The position numbers and the translations under genes are program-made. Positions 23,700 to 35,800 of a DNA stretch of 64,000 nucleotides are shown here, piece after piece. Within the stretch, counting starts at the first letter, position 1; every line of letters begins with the position of its first letter. Origin of the DNA: Eukaryota sp. TZLM1-RC (taxonomy: Eukaryota; Protista; Metamonada: BaSk clade); contig JAUPSS010000003.1 in assembly GCA_040285825.1 (NCBI GenBank), positions 3,286,001 to 3,350,000 of the forward strand. Reading direction: 5' to 3'. The notes beneath the pieces were generated by a model. The model was not told the origin of the DNA. It made no database searches and saw only the letters and a program-made list of their open reading frames with translations.

Positions 23700-24980
23700 G
23701 TGCAAAAGCGTCCCCAATCTTTTATCAAATCAGCTATCAAAATTAATAATTTTATAGAAGAAGCTGAGGGAAGACATTTAATGCTATTCCAGTTGTACGT
23801 CATGAAACTCCTGGATTTTTTGAAGTTGATAGCCAAGGACTATGGGGTATTTTGCGTTCTTTTTTTTACAAATGATGAAATTAATGACATGAAAAATAAT
23901 TCGGAGTGGAATTCAATAGCTGACATTCAACATATGACTCCAGAAGAATTAAATTTATTTTATTCATCTTTTTTTGAATTTAATAGACCATTTACTAAAA
24001 TAGGCTACAAATTTAACAACACCATAAAAACTGATGGTTTTGCAGCCTGTATTGAGCTTGCAAGAGAGGATGGTTTGGGCATGTCCTTCAAGATTGATAG
24101 TGCAAAGTTTGCAACCACTGGAAACTATTTGGATGATTTGGATGTTGCATTTCTATCATCAAAACACAAAGTACATATTGACCCGGGTAAAAGTGATTTA
24201 TTTTATTTATGTAGTCAAAAAAGATTCAAACTTAACGCAAAAGTCCAATTAAAAAGAGATAAACAATATGAATGGCTGAGATTAACAACATTGGAGTGGC
24301 CAAGGGTATCGAGAGTTCACCAAAAACTCAGAAAATTGAAAAAGAAAGCGTTTATTTTACAAAATGGAATCACAGTCGAACAAACAGAAACTGTATCAAA
24401 AGAATCATCAAAATCTTCCATTTATAATATTTTCTATTCTAATGTTGCTTCCAAGCTGATAAACATGACATTTACATTTGATTACTACTGTTTAATGATA
24501 TGGCAAGATATAAGATATGTCCATCATCAGAAAAAAGAGGCTAAGTTATTAAAAAGAATGGCTGAAAAGCAATGGAAACAAGAAGACACTATCCTAATGT
24601 TTGATGACAATGGCAATAAGACAAAGAATTCAAAGCATCATCGATCAAGTAGAGGAGTTGGATGGACAAATTTCTTTAAGAGAAATGGTTACACAGTATG
24701 TTCAGTTGATGAGAGAAACACATCTTCGAAGTGTGCAGCTTGTTATAACCCAGTAAATGTATTTCTTGATGTTGAGAATTCTAGACCATGGATGAGAGAG
24801 AAATATCCTACTGTGAAATGTCATGCTTTGTTAAGATGTCGATCTGAAGTTTGCAGAGAAGAATGTGATGGAAAGGATTAGGTATGGAATCGTAACAAGT
24901 TAGCATGTATCACCATCTAGGCAATTGTAGATTATTTTGTAGAGGATAGTGTTGGTGATAGGCCTTCATCCTTGTCTTAA
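23700..24980 (+). pseudogene. Fanzor (TnpB-like RNA-guided nuclease) pseudogene, lineage 2
   Basis: KTDG (WED), IDPGKSDL (RuvC-I), VDERNTSSKCAAC (RuvC-II plus Zn), HALLRC....C. In-frame TAG at 24879, then VWNRNKLA (RuvC-III D replaced by N) and RPSSLS. Confidence 0.85.
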
Positions 24981-25200
24981 GTTAAAGCTTTTTACTGCAA
25001 TGAATCTGTAGCATTTTTGGATTTTTCATTTGAAACAAAGTTCCTAGATTGAATTAGACCTACTATTTAACTAAAATTACCTATAGAAACAGCTAGGACA
25101 TATAAGGAGAAAAAACGTTTAAAAAACCAATAGAGTGTTAAAAAAGATTCAACAAAGTCAAAATTAGAAAATCTATATTAAATACTGACTATATAATGAA

Positions 25201-25896
25201 CTAAAAAGCATCGTGAATGCGCTTTCGACTATCTAGATATCTTTGGTGTAAATCATCCTGGTCCTTGGTGGGAGGAAAATAACATAAAACATGGGGATAA
25301 TTGCGGTAAAGATTCTGATCATCCAAACCGTAACCGAGGATCCACAAATCAGTAAAACGCTGATAAAAACAGTAGTCTGCAGGTGGCTCTGACGTTGGCT
25401 TGCATGTGGACATTAGAGTACACGACTTGATGTCATCAATAGGAAGTGAGAATGAAGAAGCTAGAGACTGCTTCGTAACGGTGATGGTTCTTCCAGAATC
25501 AAACAACTCGTCTACAATGAGAACCCTCTTGCCCTCAAAGTCACTGTGATAGAGGTGGGTTAGATCCAACGAAACGGATCCAGAAGATGCGCGCTTCTTA
25601 CCATAAGAAGATGCTCTGACAAAATGGAAGGTCACTGGGAAATTGAGGAGTCTACTGAGATCTGTCAAAAACCAACAAGCTCCATTCAATAGAGCAATAA
25701 TGCAAACTTCTTGACCATCATACTCCTTGTTGAGCTGGTCTGCCAATTGTTGGGTACCAAAAGCCAATTCCTCCTTTGTGAGTAAGATTTTATAGACGGC
25801 TGAATTAGGAAGATCTTTGCGGGATGCGAAGAACTCTGACTGCAATTGCTCTATTGGCTTATTGGAAATGGCACAATTAAGAGAAGGACATGTCAT
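25201..25896 (-). CDS. hpt: Hypoxanthine/guanine phosphoribosyltransferase
   Basis: IALLNGA, RASSYG, VLIVDELFDSGRT PRPP-binding motif, WILGYGLD...YRNYP. Confidence 0.9.
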   Translation of the reverse strand: MTCPSLNCAISNKPIEQLQSEFFASRKDLPNSAVYKILLTKEELAFGTQQLADQLNKEYDGQEVCIIALLNGACWFLTDLSRLLNFPVTFHFVRASSYGKKRASSGSVSLDLTHLYHSDFEGKRVLIVDELFDSGRTITVTKQSLASSFSLPIDDIKSCTLMSTCKPTSEPPADYCFYQRFTDLWILGYGLDDQNLYRNYPHVLCYFPPTKDQDDLHQRYLDSRKRIHDAF

Positions 25897-25898
25897 TC

Positions 25899-26321
25899 TT
25901 ACAGATATTGTCTATAATAATGAAATAAGTGTCCTTTTTACACTGATGTATTTTTGATTCCTTGATAACCTTTTTCTTTGAACCTGCTTCAACCTTGGCT
26001 CTCTGTAGGTATTCTGGTCTTTTTTCATCATTTACATGTGCTTCCTTCACGGCCAACGTATTCATGAAAGCATTTCGATCTCTATTGCACACACTTTCGC
26101 ATGATTTACACGTGGTAAGCCCGTGACCAATAGACATCCCATGCCTCTTCCATGGTTTTGGATTTCTGCACCATCGGAATGTCTCAACTGTTTTCTCCGC
26201 TTTCTTACATTCTAATCTCATCAATCAAAAAGAACTTATAACCAGCCTCTTTAAATACAATTCTCAAACTTTTGCTTTGGTAGGTTATTTGAATTTCATG
26301 TGTTTTCGTTGTTCCCAGTCT
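25899..26321 (-). mobile_element. Fanzor element 3' fragment (lineage 1), 5'-truncated
   Basis: Close nucleotide match to 39517-39985; HGLTTCKSC..NRDRNA..RPEYL; shares the exact 3' terminus ...GACAATATCTGTAA. Confidence 0.88.
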
Positions 26322-27045
26322 TTGATAATTATTTGGCTGGTTGTCATTCAAGAAACGAAATAATAAACACAAAGTTAATTTCAATTAATAAGACAAAATA
26401 ATGCATTTCCAAAATCAATTATGAAAAATAATTTTTTAAAGTCAAAGTCAAAGTAAAGTTATTGTGTTTTATGCATGATCTATTAAAAAAGTATTCAGAC
26501 ACAAATACTTCCCACTGTATGACGATTTAGTTGTTTGATCAGCATTTATATTTGATGGAAAACAATTCAACAATAAACTCCATTAAACTCTCTTTGATGA
26601 ATTACCCTTCTCAACAAACTTTGAGCTCTTCTTCTTTTTTTCGTTGAATAAATTGAGTAAAAATTTGAGCAAAAGAATTCCATTGTTCTGGAGATCATTG
26701 TGATCAGAAGCTGTGTTTTCTCACTCTGGATAAACATGATGCCTGTGCGCAACATTCTAAATTTGATCTCCAAATCACTAAAAAACCCTTACCTACACAC
26801 CACTATTAATTGCAATATGTTTAAAAACAATCAATTGTCTGTTGTATTCAATTCCATTATAAATCAGATTTTGAATGTTACCACAGAAATTACAAATCTC
26901 CATTACTCACATGTTGGTGATGTAAAACCCTTTGAAACTGCTTTTGAACTTGTTCAATGTGTCTCACAGTGAAAATGGGGTTATTTTAAAGTTTCGTTAC
27001 CCTAATTAAATTTGTTAAATTAATAGATTGTATTCAAATTTCTTA

Positions 27046-30000
27046 ATGGAGAACACAATGGAGAGTCCTCCACGTCTTGTAGTCTCCAAGATGGTCTTGG
27101 AGAACTTCAAGTCATATGCGGGCGTGCAGCAAATAGGTCCCTTCCATAAATCTTTTTCAGCCATCGTAGGACCCAATGGTTCGGGTAAATCCAACGTCAT
27201 TGATGCTTTACTTTTCGTCTTTGGTTATCGTGCAAAGAAACTGCGGCTGAACAATCTCAACAAACTAATTCACACTTCTTCTGCCTTTCCCGATGCAACC
27301 TTTGCCCGTGTCAGTGTTTTCTTTGAGGAGATCGTTGATGATTCCGAAGGTTCATATCATCCTGTACCCAACTCAGAGTTTTGCATCTCCAGAACAGTCC
27401 AACGCAAAGGATCCTCCTCCTATCACATCAACAACTCTGCCTCTACTTTTTCTGCTGTCCGTGAACTCCTCTCTTCCAAAGGCCTGGACCTGGAACACAA
27501 CAGATTCCTTATCCTCCAGGGGGAAGTTGAGTCCATCTCCCAGATGAAACCCAAAGCCACCAGCTCCCAGGACGGTTTGTTAGAGTATTTGGAAGATATT
27601 ATCGGTACATCTTCCATGATTGAAGAGATTGAGAATACCGCAAATGAGGTAATTGAGCAGGAAAAGGTCCATCAATCAATTGAAAGGAGACAAAAAGAAG
27701 CCCAAGTTTATTTAGATAATCTCAAGAAACAAAAAGATTTAGCTGAAAAGTTTGTGTCTACTAGAATGGATCTTTCAATTGCTCAGCATCACAAAAAACA
27801 AATTGAAACCGTAAAATTAAACACAGATCTTGAAGAGGTTGGCGTTGGTATTGAAAGTTTAACGACTGAGTTACAGGCAAAGTCAGCCGAATTGGCGAGT
27901 GTTAATACTGAAGACCAATCAAAAAAGATTGAAGAGGAGTATGAGCAGTTGAGAGGTCAAATTGATAGGATTTCTCACGAAGTCAAGGCTCTTCAAGAAG
28001 AAAAGAAGGGAATTGATACTAATTTGGCGGTTATCAAGGAAAAGAGAAGCAAGTTGGAATCCAAAAATAATGAATTTGAAGAACAATTAAGAATTAAAGG
28101 TAACGAAATTAATGGCTGTAATGATTTGATCAAAAGAAAAAGTAGAAAACTTGAAAAAATTAATAGTAAGAAAAGTGAAAATTCTGTTGCTTTTCAATTA
28201 GCCAAGGAAGAGGAACAAAAAGCTATTAATGAATTAGGCTCGACTGCTGGAGAATATATTGAACAAATGAATAAGCAAAAAGCTTTGATGGCTCCCTTTA
28301 CGGAAAGGATCATGGTGCTTGAAGAAGAGATCAAAGGGTTAAATATTGACAAGAGTGACAATGAAGCGAAAATTTCTAAGGTTGAGGCTGATTTGGAAGC
28401 TATTAGACTGAAGGGAAAGGAAACCAGTGATGCAATCAATCAAATTGAACAGACTTTGAAGGAAAATGACGTTAAAATCAAAGAAGCTCATAAAGAGGGC
28501 TCAAAAATCCCCACTGAGATCACTAAATTAGAACGAATTATCGCGTCATCAGAACAAGAACTTGCTACAGTCACTTCTGACCTTGTTAGACTGCAAGAAA
28601 CGGAAACTGCTCAAAAATCATCATCATCAGTCATGAATTGTCTTGAAGAAGGAGTACAGAAACAGTTTTTAACTGGGGTTTATGGTCGACTTGGTGATCT
28701 TGGTTCAGTAGATGAGTCTCTACGACTTGCTTGTTCTGCGGCCACTTCCGCTCTTGATCATGTTGTTGTTGATTCTGTAGCTGATGCTGAAGCTTGTATT
28801 GACTATTTGAAAAGAAATGGAGCAGGAAGAGCGACCTTTATCGTGTTGGAGAAGGTCAATAAAGATCAAGAAAGGTTCAAAAAAGGAAAGAAAGACGTTG
28901 AACAAGGAGTATCTCGTTTGGTTGACCTTGTCCGGTGTGAGCCTCCCTTTAAATTAGCTTTCTTTTACGCCTTTAAAAACACTTTACTCTGTAAGGATAT
29001 TAATTCTGCAAGATCGATTGCTTTTGCTAAACGTCCTTTTCGGAGAGTTGTAACCCTCAAAGGAGAAGTAATTGAACCGTCAGGTGCTATGGTTGGTGGA
29101 GGTCAAGGGAAAGTCAGGATCAAGATAGGGTCAGAAATTGTCGAAAATGTCGATCCTGGTGAAATTTTGAGGCTAGAGGAACAAGTCAGGACCTTGACAA
29201 CTACTATTTCTGAATACCGTACACAGTTGGGATCACTTAAAGAAAGACTTGAAAATTTAGAACGATTCGTAAATGCAGCAAGAACTGAAAACCAAACTTT
29301 ACAACCTGAACTTGAATCGTTAAAGAAACACTTCAAGGATCTCAAAGCTGCTCATCATTCTGAAAGTGGAACATCATCGCTTGAATTAAAAGAACTGAAA
29401 GCTCAAAACGCGAGCTTAGTCAATGCAATTCAGCAGAAACAGTCATCAATTCATAAAATAAAAGAGGAAAGTTGCAACGTCACAGCTGAAATAGAAAGAT
29501 TAGAGACTTGCATAAAGAAAAGTGGTGGTGAAACAGTTGATGCTTTTCAGGACGTATTCTCACACTTGGAAGAAGAAAAGACAACAATGGAAGAAGAAGA
29601 ACGTTATATAATCGTCACTTTGGATGAAGCAAAGAATTCTGTAGAGAAGAAGTCAAAAGAAGTCAATGAAATTGAAGTCAAAAAGGGGTCAAATATGAAG
29701 GAAATTGCGAGACTCAATGACCAACTTGCACAGTTGAATCCTGAAAAAAGTAGATTATTGGAAGCTTTGGAAGAAAAACAAGCAAGTTATGATCTTGAAA
29801 ATGCAAAATTGAACAAACTTCAAGAACAATATGACATTTGTGTTCAACAGAAAGAAGAACAACATCAAATCGTTAAACGATTGGAAAAGGAATTGTCTAG
29901 TCTCCAATCACAACGAAGTAAGATTATTTCGAGAATGAATCAACTGGTTAATTCAATGTTGGAATTGGAGAATGAATACACGGACGCCAGAAACTGTTTA

Positions 30001-30735
30001 TTTGACCCCGAGTTTTTTCCACCAAATATTTCGATGATCCCCACTGATCTCGACTCCAGAGGAATGAAAAAATTTGAAAATAGAGTCTTGGCTTCTATTC
30101 AAAAATTCTCAAATGATTTGGAAGAATCTCAAACTGACATCCGCATTATTGAAGATTATAAAAAAGCGTTTAATGATAATAAGAAAATTCAAAATGAATT
30201 CACCGTCATTACTGCTACCCTCAATGAATTACAATCCAAACTAGCCGGATTGAAAGATCAAAGACTCAAAAGGTTCCTCACAGGGTTTTCTGCCATTGGA
30301 AAAACTCTACGGGAGATTTATCAAATGGTTACTTATGGTGGGGACGCTGAGCTTGAGTTGGTTGATTCATTGGACCCTTTTTCTGAGGGTATCGTTTTTT
30401 CTGTAAGACCTCCCAAGAAGTCCTGGAAAACTATTTCAAATCTTTCTGGGGGAGAAAAGACGCTATCTTCATTAGCATTAATCTTTGCTCTACACAGTTA
30501 TAAAAGGAACCCCATCTATGTTCTAGATGAGATTGATGCCGCTCTTGATTTTAGAAATGTTGCTATTGTTGCTGCGTATCTCACACAAAAGACCAAAGAC
30601 GCTCAGTTCATAGTGATATCCCTTCGAAATGATATGTTTGAGATGGCTCAACGATTAGTTGGTATTTATAAAATTAATGACATGACTGAATCTGTTGTCT
30701 TGGATCCAGCTCAAGTTGGGACAATGAATAATTAA
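27046..30735 (+). CDS. SMC4: Condensin subunit SMC4
   Basis: LENFKSYAG..IGPFHKSFSAIVGPNGSGKSNVIDALLFVFG; NRFLILQGEVE; GVYGRLGDLG hinge; GGDAELELVDSLDPFSEGI.FSVRPPKKSWK; LSGGEK. Confidence 0.97.
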   Translation: MENTMESPPRLVVSKMVLENFKSYAGVQQIGPFHKSFSAIVGPNGSGKSNVIDALLFVFGYRAKKLRLNNLNKLIHTSSAFPDATFARVSVFFEEIVDDSEGSYHPVPNSEFCISRTVQRKGSSSYHINNSASTFSAVRELLSSKGLDLEHNRFLILQGEVESISQMKPKATSSQDGLLEYLEDIIGTSSMIEEIENTANEVIEQEKVHQSIERRQKEAQVYLDNLKKQKDLAEKFVSTRMDLSIAQHHKKQIETVKLNTDLEEVGVGIESLTTELQAKSAELASVNTEDQSKKIEEEYEQLRGQIDRISHEVKALQEEKKGIDTNLAVIKEKRSKLESKNNEFEEQLRIKGNEINGCNDLIKRKSRKLEKINSKKSENSVAFQLAKEEEQKAINELGSTAGEYIEQMNKQKALMAPFTERIMVLEEEIKGLNIDKSDNEAKISKVEADLEAIRLKGKETSDAINQIEQTLKENDVKIKEAHKEGSKIPTEITKLERIIASSEQELATVTSDLVRLQETETAQKSSSSVMNCLEEGVQKQFLTGVYGRLGDLGSVDESLRLACSAATSALDHVVVDSVADAEACIDYLKRNGAGRATFIVLEKVNKDQERFKKGKKDVEQGVSRLVDLVRCEPPFKLAFFYAFKNTLLCKDINSARSIAFAKRPFRRVVTLKGEVIEPSGAMVGGGQGKVRIKIGSEIVENVDPGEILRLEEQVRTLTTTISEYRTQLGSLKERLENLERFVNAARTENQTLQPELESLKKHFKDLKAAHHSESGTSSLELKELKAQNASLVNAIQQKQSSIHKIKEESCNVTAEIERLETCIKKSGGETVDAFQDVFSHLEEEKTTMEEEERYIIVTLDEAKNSVEKKSKEVNEIEVKKGSNMKEIARLNDQLAQLNPEKSRLLEALEEKQASYDLENAKLNKLQEQYDICVQQKEEQHQIVKRLEKELSSLQSQRSKIISRMNQLVNSMLELENEYTDARNCLFDPEFFPPNISMIPTDLDSRGMKKFENRVLASIQKFSNDLEESQTDIRIIEDYKKAFNDNKKIQNEFTVITATLNELQSKLAGLKDQRLKRFLTGFSAIGKTLREIYQMVTYGGDAELELVDSLDPFSEGIVFSVRPPKKSWKTISNLSGGEKTLSSLALIFALHSYKRNPIYVLDEIDAALDFRNVAIVAAYLTQKTKDAQFIVISLRNDMFEMAQRLVGIYKINDMTESVVLDPAQVGTMNN

Positions 30736-31079
30736 TTTGGTTCCTATAAACTGTAATTTAAGTTTTGTTATTCACACTCTTTAGAACTTATATTTTTTCC
30801 ATGTTCCGTTCTCAGTTTCTATAATAAAAATGTTGAATTCTTTGGGAATGTTCTAATGTCCTCATATACCTTATACCCCAATTTTTTCCAACCTGTTCAT
30901 TACCCACAAACTTTTTTCTTCAAAAGGCCACATACTTTGGAGCAAAATCAAGTTATCAATTTTTTCTTTTGAATCTTGACTCTAAAACAAAACGATCTAA
31001 CTTTTAATCCTACTGCAGCAGCTACAATAAATACTTAATCTCTTTAGCAAAGAGTCTTTGCATCTTCTTTCTTGGTACA

Positions 31080-31727
31080 ATGACATCCAATAACACAGTG
31101 TTTTATGAGTTTATTGATTCATCCAAAGCCAAACAGCCTCCCCTCTGCCCTCGTACATGCAAGGTCAAGCTATCTATGTTTGAACCTCTTGTACCCTTTC
31201 CAGATCTTATTGATTCATCCACTATGAAATTAGTATGTACATTCAATAAACACAACAGATGCTGGTCAACTGAAGTAGCCGAACAGTCTTGTCATCTCCA
31301 TGGACAGCTTAGTTTTAATTACATGCACTCAATTTACCCACCAGGGGATTTGGTACATCTTAAACTTGTCAATGTACGCAAGAAACAAACTCTTTCTAGG
31401 TTTAAACATCGTATAATTGCTACTGCGTCTCTTTCCCTTGTCCATGCTGTTCAACAAGCTTTCTCTGGCTGTGTGGTTCTTAAGAGCCTTGACGAATCCA
31501 CTCCTTTTGCCAAGGTTTTCCTCTCACTGACTTCTCTTCCCTATAAAGTTAGTTCTACCATTTCTCCTAAGAAAGTCAATCCAGATCTAGCAAACTCCGA
31601 TACAGAAAGCGAAAAGGAACCAGAACCTGTTACTCCAACGGTTGATCATTCTGTTTACCATCACCATAGGCAGTCCAGTCTCTTGCCCCAATTGACGGGG
31701 AGTCCATTGGAGTCTATGGGGAGGTGA
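31080..31727 (+). CDS. Hypothetical protein resembling the PACS-1/2 N-terminal cargo-binding (C2-like) domain; 3' end may be spliced
   Basis: Pattern PRTCKVKL / LSFNYMH...GDLVHLKL / IATASLSL..AVQ / AKVFLSLTSLP followed by an acidic tract. Similarity judged by eye only. Confidence 0.45.
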   Translation: MTSNNTVFYEFIDSSKAKQPPLCPRTCKVKLSMFEPLVPFPDLIDSSTMKLVCTFNKHNRCWSTEVAEQSCHLHGQLSFNYMHSIYPPGDLVHLKLVNVRKKQTLSRFKHRIIATASLSLVHAVQQAFSGCVVLKSLDESTPFAKVFLSLTSLPYKVSSTISPKKVNPDLANSDTESEKEPEPVTPTVDHSVYHHHRQSSLLPQLTGSPLESMGR

Positions 31728-32067
31728 GCAGTGGAGATGAAGGTTTTATTTTTGTATATATAGATTTACTAAATACAGTCTATTGTAGACCAATTGCATA
31801 GTGACTGAAAAGTATAAACTACAAATATCAAAATGATCGTTTTAGGCCATTTACAACTAGAGTTTATAATTTTGTACACCTCATATATAACATCAAGATT
31901 AGGTAGAACAAAAGTAAGATCTTTGGTCAAGATACAAATAATTAATGCTTCAAATATTGTAGAATTTAAGTCATGTAACAAGACAAAGCATGTAGTTTCA
32001 TGGGAAAAATGAAAGCGAATGTTCTAACTCAAGTTAATCCAAAAAAGGAAACTGTTTAAATCAACAG

Positions 32068-32679
32068 ATGAAGATCCTGTTCGTCGCTTTGTTGGTGTGT
32101 TTAGTAAGTGCCAAAGTCTATCCTCGCTCTAAAGGATATGCCATTGGAAATCCTTCAGCTTCTGTTGAATTGGAATTCGTTGTATCATTGTCCTGTCCTG
32201 ATTCCAAGAATGCATTCTTGGATGTATTGCCTGTCATAAAGAAGAACTTTGTTGATGATGGACATGTGCAATTATTTGTGTCTATCTTCCCTCTCCCATT
32301 CCACTACTCCTGCTACGATCTCTCTGTTACCGCAAGTGTGATGAGTATGTTGTTTGAAGAGGATCCAAGACAATACCTCAACTTTTTGACAAATGCTTTC
32401 AACAAGCAGCATCTGTTCTTTAATGATCCCGTTTTCAATATGACTATAGCTTCAAGACACAAGACTATTTATCAAGAATTAGTTGCTCAATTTGGTATTT
32501 CTGAACATCAGTTCTTTTCCTTATTTTTTAAGGATACTTCAGCAAAGACTGCCTTCAAAGCATACTCTTCAAGGGGAATATATGGCGCTCCATTCTATTA
32601 TCTCAATGGGGTAGCTGTTGAGGGCGCTGAGAAGATGGGAGCTCAAGAGTTGTCGGATCTTTTGAATTTGTTGATATAG
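32068..32679 (+). CDS. Secreted DsbA/thioredoxin-fold protein with single-Cys CPDS motif
   Basis: Signal peptide MKILFVALLVCLVSA; SLSCPDS; FPLPFH; RGIYGAPFYYLNG cis-Pro loop. Confidence 0.8.
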   Translation: MKILFVALLVCLVSAKVYPRSKGYAIGNPSASVELEFVVSLSCPDSKNAFLDVLPVIKKNFVDDGHVQLFVSIFPLPFHYSCYDLSVTASVMSMLFEEDPRQYLNFLTNAFNKQHLFFNDPVFNMTIASRHKTIYQELVAQFGISEHQFFSLFFKDTSAKTAFKAYSSRGIYGAPFYYLNGVAVEGAEKMGAQELSDLLNLLI

Positions 32680-32719
32680 CTTTGCTCTTCAGTTCATGAG
32701 TAATCTTCTGTGAATAAAT

Positions 32720-32880
32720 TGATCATTTTATCGGACTATAATTCTTAACAAAATAAACTCATAACTAATGGGACAAATTTCATTAAACCGAGATTTGCTC
32801 TACAATTTGCCGAGTTGCTTGTTGCCTCGATATTGTTTCTCTTATTTGATGAAAGAACCGAGGTAATCTTTTATTTAAGG
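32720..32880 (-). mobile_element. Family A non-LTR 3' end
   Basis: Reverse complement matches GATTACCTCGG...GTCCCATTAGTTATGA tail of 42216-42330. Confidence 0.7.
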
Positions 32881-32884
32881 CAAA

Positions 32885-35800
32885 TTGATTTTTGTGTACA
32901 TAACAAATGAATCGACGAAAACTAATATGTATTTATTATCATTGTTGTCTTTATTAAGTGGGCCAATTGTGTCCACGTTTAATTTTGCAAAAGGGCGGTT
33001 AGATCACAGGGAACCAGTTGAGGGAGTCTTTGATTGCTTTACTGGTGCTGTTTTCTGGCAGTTGGGACAACGTTCTATATGTTTGATGAGAACTTTTTTC
33101 ATATTTGTCCAAACAATCACTTTTGGCAAGTTTATGAACATTTTGGTTCTTGCTTGGGTGGCCTAATTGGGTCAAACGATGTGTTTGGTAAAGTTCCTAA
33201 CCTAATCAACTAACACGACGTCTATGTTTCATGAGTTCGTTTATGGGTGCTATTTGTTGTGAAATATTTGGGAGCCAATCTTTTAAGAAAATTGACTGAA
33301 GAAACTCAAGACCGTACTTCTTTAATAGTTTTGAACGCAGTTAGGTTTATTTAAGCATCTACTCGTTTTTTGCTAATTATTTGTTGTTTGAATTGGTAAA
33401 TACTGATTAAAATGTCAATGTGTGTTGTCAGAATTGAATTTACATTTTCTCAATCCAATGTTGACTCTTCTATCCCTTGCGCATTGTAGTACCCTCTGTA
33501 CTCTGTCAAAGAATTGTTAAAAAAATTGTTGAAAGGAACATCCTATTATGATCATCTCGTCAATGTAAATAGAGACTCCGTCTATTTGGAAAATTGCCAT
33601 CATTACATTTTGAAAAAAGTGCAGAAATATTCTTTAATCCGAAGCATGTCCGAACATAATGGGCCTGCCATAAATAGAGATACATGTTTTCTCAATATCT
33701 TGGTCAGCCACTTTCATTTGCCAGAAGTATTTTTTTCGAAGATCCAAACGGCAATGAAATTGGCCTAACTTAAATTCGAAACATTTAAATTAATGGTAAG
33801 TTAGCCTCAACCGCAATTGTATGAGCCTTAACTCCATCTTCACCACTGAAGTCGCCCGTCAACCTAGGTTTTCGATCATCAGGGTATATAACTAATACTA
33901 TTGGGGAACTAAACTCGTAGTTCTATTTGATTGCATAGCCCATTTCAATCAATTCATCAAAAATCTGATTGGCTTTTTGTAATTTCTTTGAGTTGAAGCC
34001 CCGTGCTGGTTTATGTACAATAGTCTTAGCATTGTAGAAGGGGATTGCCATGGGTGGAAATTCGATTCCATCTTTATTGGGCTTTTCGCTGAATACGTCA
34101 TTGTATTGAGCTAATATATCAGACAAACTCTAATTATACTCACTATCATCTGAATTAATTTCACATCCAGATCTATCTAATTGCTGAGCAAAATCTTCTT
34201 CACTGCAAGAAGTTGATTCTACGTGGCCAATTTGTTGAATTTGTATTCTGCTGTTAATTATGGCTACAACATTTAGTAAAGTGCGGCGCTCTTCGTCTAG
34301 TAAAATAACTAAACGGTCAGATATCAATAGCCCAAGTTGTTGTTACATGACTACCCCAATCGAAAATTTGTTCGAACCTGGTATAATGAGAAGAGTATGT
34401 TTTATTGAAAATTAGTTCGCGATGCTAGCGACCTTGAACGTCAGAATGCCTTGTAGACTTCCAAGCGAATTACTTGATACAATACTAGCAGGGGCGACTT
34501 GTGTTATGTCGTTCTCGTTTATGGACATTGAACACATATTTGCTAGGTCGAGGGAATAACAGAACGACATGAAGCTCTATTTATCATGCCTTTTATGACA
34601 GTACTGTTAATTTTAACCTGAAGTTCTGAAAACTGAGGCTGTTGGAATCTGTTGTGGTTTATACAAAATGCAAATTCATTTGAGCGATTGCACAAATTTT
34701 TTTCTAAGCTATATAAACTCAAATATTTATTATTTTTATTGCTACCAAAATGAGAGAGTGGATTTGAAAAAGTTGCTTGATCCGTGTGTTCCGACCGACC
34801 AGTTGGATATACTTAGCGGTATGAAAGCTGCGGCATGTGATGATTCGTTGATTGAAGAGATGTATCTACGGGAGGTATTACCTCTATCACCACGGCCTCC
34901 TCGACCCTCAAAATTACTTCGAGCTCTTCTACGGTGTCTCTGACTATCTTTAAAACTATCGTATTTACATCTTACTGCTTTTCCTCGGCCTCTACTTTTG
35001 CCGGCGCTTCCACGTTGATTCATAGGAACTGAGAATTGAGTGCATTTTAGCTGGGAAATTATATGGCCGGGTATCTGAACAAAAAATACAGAACTCACAG
35101 TATCCTCTATAATGTTTTTCCTTTTCAAGTTAGGAAGAAATAAGTCATGTGGGCCAGCCTTCTTCTTGCCAGCTGAGGTGTGGATTTCACCCGTCTCCAG
35201 CTTAACTTTGACGCAACTTTCCTCAATAGCTGAACCGTCTCTCTATTTTGTGTTATTTTTATCCATTTGAATAAAATTAGTTTTAATTTTCCTTATTAGT
35301 TGGACAATTTTCCTTTCCAGAAACTTTTTTTTCCAAACAGTGGTGGTTCAGTAAATGCTGAATTGTTGATGCCTGTCGAAAAGAGATAAACCACTGTTGA
35401 CATTGGAATGGTGAATAATCAACTCGAATCTACGTCTTCGATCCTTGCGAAAACATCTGTTGTTTTGTATCGATTTAAATTGAGATTAAAGTGAATCAAA
35501 CTGTTGTTGTATTTAAGTTGTGTCGCTTTCTTGTAAAGCTAACAACTGAGATAGACTTTTGAACATACTTGTTATTTGTTGTTGTTGAGGAGATCTTCAT
35601 TGAGGCATTTCGATCAATCTCATCGACATTTGTTGTGCCGCCTCTACCTGCACAGTTTCAAAAAACAACTTGTAACAAGAAATGAACTATTTTCATTTGA
35701 GTTTCGGAAAATTTGATTCTGGGTGGCTCATGTAGCGTTTCTTGTTCTATCGTTTTCGATTTGTAATAACATTCATCGTGTGATTGTAATATCAGATCAA

